NCBI GenBank assembly: GCA_944381205.1
Contig: CALWKG010000002.1
Span: 20,464-84,463, forward strand
DNA from: an uncultured Clostridia bacterium
GTDB taxonomy: Bacteria > Bacillota > Clostridia > Christensenellales > UBA1242
Reading direction: 5' to 3'
DNA length: 64,000 bases
Below are positions 52,501 through 61,500 of this stretch, one piece after another (the first letter of the stretch is position 1; every line of letters begins with the position of its first letter). The notes beneath the pieces are model-generated. The model made no database searches, was not told the DNA's origin, and worked only from the letters and a program-made list of their open reading frames with translations. The translations under genes and the position numbers were made by a program.

Positions 52501-55500
52501 CAAATGCTGGCTATGGTGGTGGTATATACATTGCAAAAGATGCCGGGGCTTTAATTTTGAAAGGAATGATAAAAATTTCTAGCAATAATGCAACCTATGG
52601 CGGTGGTATATACATCGATGGTACGAGAAGTGGGAGTGCAGAATATCATTTAAGTTTAGATGGAGTAGAAATTACAAATAATACCGCAACTTATGGTGGT
52701 GGAATTCAAGTTGGTGATTTTGCAGATGCGCTTAATAGACAAGTGGTTGTATTTAATAGTGGTACTATTACAAACAACACTGCAACTTATGGTGGTGGTG
52801 TAGGTATAATTAGGGGAACATTTAGAATAAATGACGGTGAAATATCCTTAAATAATAGCACTAATGGTAGTGAAATTTATGTTTCCTATATGAGTAATAT
52901 TGCATTTGGCACACTAGAAATTTTAGGCGGTGCAGTTGGCAAAGATGGCAGTAATTCTACAATTTTAGTTAATGGCAAAAATTCAAGTTTGTCTGTTAGC
53001 GGTGAGTATCAAATAAATAGTAAAGTGCAATTATTAAACGAAGCAAAAATTAACGTAACAGATGTCATAAGTTCTAGAAGTAGTGTTATTGTTTTAGAGA
53101 CAATGAAGAATACAGCAAACGGCTTGTCAGAAAATTTGCCACCGAAAGGAGAAAGCCTTGTTGTTGTAAGTTTTGCGTACTTGGTCGATGTGCAGTTTGA
53201 TAAGTTTGATATTGTAGAAGACTTAAAAAATAGGGGACAAAACAGTTACAGATTAGCAGTAGACGATAGTGACATTGTACTTTGTGAAGCCATTTTTGAA
53301 CTCACTATTAATGCTAATGATGGTGATATATCTGTAAGTGATGGTCTTGTGTATGAACAAGTTGACGACACTATTATCTTAGACGTCTACTATACTACGG
53401 TTTTAAATGAAATTTTAAATCAAGTTTCTGCGTATAGGGAGAACAAATTCTTCCTAGGATACTATATGATAGTAGAAGATGAAGAAGTCGAAATTTTTGA
53501 TGAAATGCCATATTCCGACTTAGAGATTTTTGTAAAATGGTCGATGGATTATTATACTCTTACCATTGATATTAATGATACTAGAAGTGAAAGTGGGATA
53601 AAAGCGGAGTTTGACGAAAGTTTGGCTAATTTTGAAGAAGGCGAAAGTTATGATGAAACAAACCGCAAAATAAATATAAATGTATACGTTGATAGTGAAG
53701 GTACTACCTATGGTCAAGATGCACTAGATAGAATTACTGCACTACTTTCAAGAGAAAACTATACAATTTATGGTTTTGGCACTTCTCAAATGACAACTTC
53801 TGCTGTGGGTGATAGTTTCGTAATGCCAGAAGCAAATACAACTTTATATGTTTTGTGGCAAGGTATTAACTATACCGTAACATATGTAAACAATAGTCCA
53901 AATAGTTCAGATATAGAACAAACTGTTGAAAGAACCTATGTGTTTGATAATCAAGTTATGGTTGCTGATGATAGTACTTTTGCTGTTGCTGGATATACAT
54001 TGTCTGGGTGGAGCCTAGAAAGAAACGGAGAACTATTATATCAAGCAGGACAAAACGCATATAATTTGATTGAAGATGGTATAGGATATACCCTTTATGC
54101 CGTTTGGACACCAATAAAATATGAGGTTATTTACAATAGTAATATGGCTGGAAATGTAGAGGGTGAGATAGAAAATGACCTATTTACGTATGGAGTTAAT
54201 GAAACTTTAACAAGTGAAAGATATACAACTATTGGGTACACACAAGTTGGTTGGAGTTTAAGCCCAGATACTGATAGTGCAAATACAGACGAATATTATA
54301 GTTTTGAGGGCTCACTTAATGTTATTAGCCTTACAACTGAAAGCGAAGTGGTTATGTATGCCGTATGGAAGGCAAATAGTTATATCGTAAATATCCATCA
54401 AAATGGGGTAGAAGGGTCTAGTGTAGTATCACAGGTTAGTTTTGAATATAATGTAGAAGAAACTTTACCTTTGGCATCTACATTGTTTGGTATATCTAAT
54501 AATTATTTCGCGGGTTGGAGTTTAAATCCTTATGATGATGCTACAAGTGCAACTTATGACTTTGAAGATGGCGCGGTTGTGTTTAATCTTACTGATAGTG
54601 GGGAAATTGATTTATATCCAATTTGGATAGCAAAACAGGTTATAGTTCACTCTAATACAGGTGATGAACAGAGTTTTGCTTTCTATATCACGGCCAATAA
54701 CACAGTAGAGATAAATAAGCAAGACCTTGCCAGTATGGTGTCATTGCCAGGGTTTGAAATTGGTTATTTGTCTACTAATGCGATTGTGGATAGTGGCACA
54801 AAAGTAACATTTGATGGATATGATGTGGCATATATTTTAATGGATAATTATGATTCATTAGATTTGTACATTGCGTGGTCTGCAATTCAATATGAGTTTA
54901 AGTTTGTAGTGGGTGGCAGTGAGCATAGTGAGTATATTAGTCAAATAAAGAGCACAAAGCCACTTGATTCGGGCAATACATATAGCGAATATTCAGACAA
55001 TCATAAGATTACAATGTATGACAGTTTACTCCCGACTATGGAAATTTACGGTTGGTCGGCAGACCCAAGTCAGGCAACCATAGATTTTAACCTTGGGGAA
55101 GAAGTAGATTTAGACAAAGAATTCTTTACTGCATTTGACGGTAAGCAAGATTTAAGTCTAACAACTATTACTCTTTATGGTGTTTTGAGTCCAAATTATA
55201 ATATTACGTATGACCTAAATACTGACGATAATATAATTATAGGTTCATCGACAGATATTACGGGGATAAACAATGCTTCCACTGGGGAGCAAAGTATAAA
55301 TTCGCCTGTAAGTCTTATCTATAAAGATTATCACGGTAATGTTTGGGAAATAGCAACAGTGGATTACGAAAGTAGCGAAGCAAGGTATGCGTATTTCCTT
55401 GGTTGGTCACTTGATAGTGAAACTACCGAGCCAGAATACGTACCTAATACAGAAGTTGAAGATAGGTTTAGCGGAGATATAACATTGTATGCAGTTTGGG

Positions 55501-58500
55501 GATATTATACTAATCCGTTCTATTTCAGTTATGAAGATGTGGATACGGGGGTGGCAATTAACGGAATTAGTGACTTAGGATTAAATAATATAGATAGCAA
55601 TGTAGTTTTACCAAAGCATACCTTGGTAGCCCAAGACGGAACTTTGGTCTATGGTAAAGATATTGTTGAAATCCGACAAAGTCAAAATGATATAGAAAAC
55701 ATATCTACTATTGACTTTAAGTATTCAAATATAAGTCAGTTATCTACTCTTGCATTTAACAAGTATACGTCGTTAACAGCACTAGTAAATGTTCCACAAA
55801 CAATTAATATAGACGCAGGTGCTTTAAGTGCGACAAATTTGGAAGAAGTTGTCTTTGAAGAAACCGACAATAATAGATATTTTGTTGATAATCGTGGGAA
55901 TGTTTATTTAATAAGTGGTGCAAATGTTACTCTTATTGCTATGCTTGTTAAAAATAGTGCAAATAAAATTTCGATTGGTGGGCAGGTCAGTAACGGAGAA
56001 AGTAGTTACTTAGTGTCTTCAATAGCAAAATATGCGTTATATGGTACTAGTTTTGAAGAAGTAGAAGTTCTTCCAGAAGTGGCTAGTATATCTGTTGGGG
56101 CATTTGCAAATATTAATTCAATTAAGTCAATCACATTGCCTTATCTAGGTACCGCTGTTGGTGAAAACGTAAAATTAAGTGACTTATTTGAAGTTATAAG
56201 TGCTTCTCTTGAAGAGATTACTATTACAGAAGAAAATACTGTTTATAATGAAGCCTTTAAAGACCAAACAAATATTAAAACAGTCATTTATCCACAAGGG
56301 ATAATCTCTATTGGAGTTGATGCGTTTAGTAATTGTACAAGTTTAATTTCTATATCAAAAGATGGTAGTGGTGTAGATTTATCGCAAACTACAAACATTA
56401 TGGATAGGGCTTTCTATAATTGTTATAGTTTAACTGATAGTATAAGTTTGCCTTTGGTAGTAAGTCTTGGAGATAGTTGCTTTACAAATGCAGGGATAAG
56501 CGAAGTAAAACTTTCTCGCAATGCACAGACGTTTGGTATGTCATCTAATGGGGAACTTTATACTGCATTTAATGGAGCAATTAATTTAACAAGCGCGTAT
56601 ATTTACTCTACTTATGCGTTTGAAGCAGTAATCAACAATACCGGTATTATTGGTGGAGAAAATAGACAAGGGACGATTTATACTGACGTTAATTTCTACT
56701 TAGTTCTCAATAATTTAAGTGATGCTTCGCTTAAAGAAAAGTATTTTTCCTATAATATTGTGGTGTACGACAGGGTTGAAATTGTAAGAAACAACGAAGT
56801 GGCAGGATACTTTAATACTTTGGAAGAAGCAGTGGAAAGTTCATTATCTAATGATGTTATTGTTATTAAATCAGATTTGGAAATCACTAATCCTATTGTT
56901 ATTGATAAGCCAATCACAATCTATGCTGGATTTACCGAAATAGACCCAAATGATGATGCCTTTATCTATGCAGATAGTAGGGTTGGGGTAACACTTAATG
57001 TTTCTGATGATATAGCAGGACAAGAGATTTTCACAATAAAAAATACAAACGTTACTATTGGAAAAATGATTTCATCTTCTTCTATTAGTGAAGGTTATAC
57101 AGACGGGGTTCTTAAAATAACAACAAATACTGATAGAAATGCAAGTTTGTTTGTTGTACAAAGTTCTAATCTTGTACTTGGTAAAGGTATTGAAATTTAT
57201 AACTTTAAGTCAAGCCTTACAGGAATGGTTAATGGTAGTGTTCTTAACATACAATCTGGTAGTTCTGTTACTATGGAAGGTGGAAAAATTTATAATAACT
57301 CAGCAAATTTGGGTGGTGCAATTTACGTAAATGATGGCTATTTTAGTGTGGAAAATGGTGTTATTGAAAACAATATTGCAACTTTTGGCGGTGCTATGTA
57401 TGTTACGGGACAGGGTAGAATAGAAATTTCCGAAAGTGAAGAAACTTTAATCAATAATAATACAGCAACTTTTGGTGGTGCAATATATGTGGCAACAACA
57501 ATCCTTGATGAAAGTTATGCGACATTAGTCTCTGGCGGAAATATTTTCAATAATACGGCGACTAGTGGTGCAGGTGTATATGTGTCACAAGGTGTGTTTA
57601 GTATTAATGGTTCTAGTGCAAGTATCTATGCAAATACAGCCAAAGATAGTGGTGGTGGGGTTTATGTGTCACAAGGTGCATTTATAATGCGCGCTGGTAA
57701 TATTGGACTTGAAACACAGGGTAATACGGCTTTAAATGGTGGCGGGGTTTATGTCGCATCAAATGGAACTATTTTGATGAATGATTCTCTTGCAAATATT
57801 TCCTACAATAGTGCATATTATGGTGGCAATTTGTACTTTGCTTCAAGTTTAACTCAAAAAGGTATGGAATCTACATTAAGTGCAGGGACAATTTCTTCTG
57901 CTAATAGCAGTATGATGATAGATGAAGAGTATTTGGGTGGTGGTATCTATGTTGAAAGTGGTAACCTTAATTTAAGTTCCAGCATTATCATTGCTCAAAA
58001 TAACGCAACATTAGGCGGTGGTGTGTATATTGAAGAAGGCAATTTAAGCATAATTAATATGGATTCTATTGGTGGAATTATTTCAAATAAAGCGCAGTCT
58101 GGCGGTGGTGTGTATATTTACGACGGCATTGTTACTATAAAAGCAGGCAACATATCTCAAAACACAGCAAGTTCTAATGGTGGCGGTGTATATGTATTTA
58201 GGGGAGAATTAAAATCTTCTACTAGCAGTACTGTGACTAACTTATCTCAAAATACAGCATCGAACGGCGCAGGTTTATACTTTGATACTTTGGCTATCGC
58301 CACAATAGATAACTTCAATATTATGCAGAACACCGCAAATTCAGAGCAAGAGGGTAACGGTAATGGCGGTGGAGTATATATTGCCGGAGGAACGATTACT
58401 ATAAAGAATAGTAGAATTAACGAAAATAGTGCTATAAATGGTGGTGGATTGTATATTCCTAATGTTCAGGCTGGTTTGCAATTTGCCATATATGATAACG

Positions 58501-61500
58501 CACAAATTTCTTCTAATAGCGCAACAAATAATGGCGGTGGGTTGTTTGTTGATAGAAGTTTAACTTTAACTCAGGGATTAATAAGTGCAAATAGGGCAAA
58601 TCTTGGCGGACAGATTTATGTTGGTGTAAATGCGTTGTTATCTCTTGATAGGGTAGAAGTCACAACGCAAGATTCTTCCGAAGAAAATTACACAATGGGT
58701 GTATATTTGGCACAAGGAGCTTCTAAAAAGGCATTTAGCATTAATCACAATACTAATATTCATAGGGCAGATACATTTGTTTATTTAAATCAAGGTAACA
58801 TAGTGTATGTTTTAGACAGTGCATCAACGGATAATCAGGTTAAATTGTATATTTCCACTCCAATAGGAAATAACCAAGTAAAAGTTGCCGAATTTGAAAG
58901 AAAAGATTATGCTAGTGCGGGTAGATTTTACGCTCCACTAACTGCATTTACTCAACTAGAAAAATCCATTTATGCAGTTGTGGCATCGGTTATTGCTATT
59001 GAAGATGAAGTAAATCTAGAAGAACAAAACTATGCTACTTTAAAAGACGCAGTGGAACTCTGTTTAAATAACAGTACTTTGATGATTATTAAAAATCAAG
59101 AAATTATTGGTAGCGACAGTAACAATAGCACAGTTGTTACAATTCCGAAAAACAAAACAATTACGATTATAAGTCAAGACGGCAGTATGATTACTCGTGG
59201 TGACGAAGGTGAAGGAATTTTATTTGGTGGTTACCTAATAACAGTATTTGGTACTCTTAATTTAAATAGTCAGTCTATAACTTCTACACCGCTTATAATA
59301 GATGGTAAAAATGCAACAAATTGTGCTTCGTTAATTTATGTTGGCAATACAGGTGTATTAAATATTTACGATAATGTACAAATTAAAAACAACATTGCTT
59401 CTGCGCAAGGAGCGGGTCTGTTTAATCCAAATATTAATGATAGGATTAGCAATCAAAACTCCGATTATGGCGGTGCGATATATGTATCTGGTGGTCAGGT
59501 TTATATGCGAGGTGGTTCTATATATGGAAACACAGCACGTAATGGTGGCGCAGTATATGTAGCAAGTGGTAGGTTTGAAATGATAGGTGGGAACATTGGC
59601 GGAACAACTGATGGTGAAGATAATACTGCTAATAATAATGGTGGCGGTGTATTTATAGAAAGTGGAAATCTTGTAATCCGTGGTGGTACAATAACTGGTA
59701 ATAAAGCAACAAATGGTGGCGGAATTTATGCAGGTGCTACCGCTAGTGTAAACATAAGCGGAGTCCAAGTAGGTGGAGTACAAATAATTTCAAATACAGC
59801 GACAGAAAATGGCGGGGGATTGTACTTTGCGTCTAGTAGTGGTACTAATGCTTACTATATGACCAATACCTATATTGCAAACAATACGGCTGTAAATGGT
59901 GGTGGTTTATATGTTTCGTCCGGTATTGTAGAGATAGGCAGTCTTAATGCTCAAACAGAAGACGAATTTAGGCAAAATACAGCCACAAATGGTGGTGCTA
60001 TATATGTTGCACTTGATGGGCAAATAGTCGTTTATAATGCTAATATCGTTGGCAATAGTGCAAGTGCTAATGGTGGTGGTGTGTATTTCAGTAATACAAG
60101 TAATAGAAATACGAGCCTTTTGTATAACACTACAATAGGTGTGTCAGGGCAAGGGAATAATGCTACTAATGGTGGTGGAATATACATTTCAAGTGGTATG
60201 TTAAGAGTGGAAGGTGAAAATACTGACGAAGAATTTACTTGCTTTGTTGCATATAATACTGCCGAAAGTGGTGGCGGAATTTATGTAGCACAAGACGGAT
60301 TTATAGAGATTAGGAATGTTGCTATAAGTTCTAACTCGGCAGATAACGGCGGTGGATTATATGTAAATACAACAAGAGAGGCTGATTTGACAGGTGCTCT
60401 TGTAAGTAACAATATCGCAAATAGTAATGGTGGCGGTATATATTCTTTGGCAGGAAATATAACATTTATTTCTGTTGCAGGAGGTCAAGACGACGGAATT
60501 TATAACAACTCAGCCATCAATGGCGCAGGTGTTTACGTCGCAGGCGGGTATGCGTTATTTGAGTCTGCAATTATACAAGATAATACAGCATCTGCTTATG
60601 GTGGTGGTATGTATGTAAATGGCGGTAATGTTGAAATGCTATCAAGTGCTGTTATGAACAATTTAATTACTGCAAATTTAAAAGATGGGCAGGGTATTCA
60701 CTATGCTGGCGGTAATGTAACGTTGTTTGGCGAAAATAACATAAGCAATCCGCTTGATAATTCAGAAGGAAACGAAAGAAGTGGTAGTATACTTATAGAA
60801 GGAGAAACTACTCTTGAAAATTCCTTTAAGATTTCAGGTTCAATATCGTTTATTTATGATATGTTCTATTTGGTAGAGAGAGATTCTTGGATTAATACTT
60901 ACGAAAATGATAGAGAAGCCTTAACTAATATGGCATTTACTCGTGGGCAAAATGCCAGTGCTACAATTTTGATAAAGGTAAATACTAATAAGTTGGAAGG
61001 TGACAGGGTAATAAAATTTACAGCAAGTAGTATTATTAAAAATAATTTATTAGAAGTTGTGCAAATTGATATTAATAGTCACAGAATGTTAGTACAAGGG
61101 GAAGGCGAAGATGCAGACTTTATTGTTCTAGAAAGACAGTTCTTCCAATTAGTTTTACCTAATAAAAACGACCCAGAAGTAGCAGAAATTGTGGCGGCTT
61201 TTGTAACCTTAACAGACGCAATAAATAGTCTTGAAGATTATAGACAATCACTTCCAGAAGGTTATGATAAAGGTTTCTTAATACTTGCAAACTTTGATGA
61301 AAATGATGCCATTTATATTAATTCTGCAATAAATAGTAACAAGCACTATGATTTAACAGATGAAGATTCTGACCTGTATAATAAAATTACTATTACTCCA
61401 ATTGTCCCGGGAGCCGTGCTCAATAGAGAAGAAAGTGTAAACGATATAGTAATGTTTAATACATTTAGTTATGATGAGATTTATATCGGATTTAATAGTG

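Noticed and set aside
57139-59562. Plus-strand track ORFs 57139..57330 and 59374..59562.
   Set aside because: Both are in the +1 frame relative to the giant ORF (start positions are 1 mod 3 versus 0 mod 3) and lie wholly inside it. Their peptides look random and hydrophobic.
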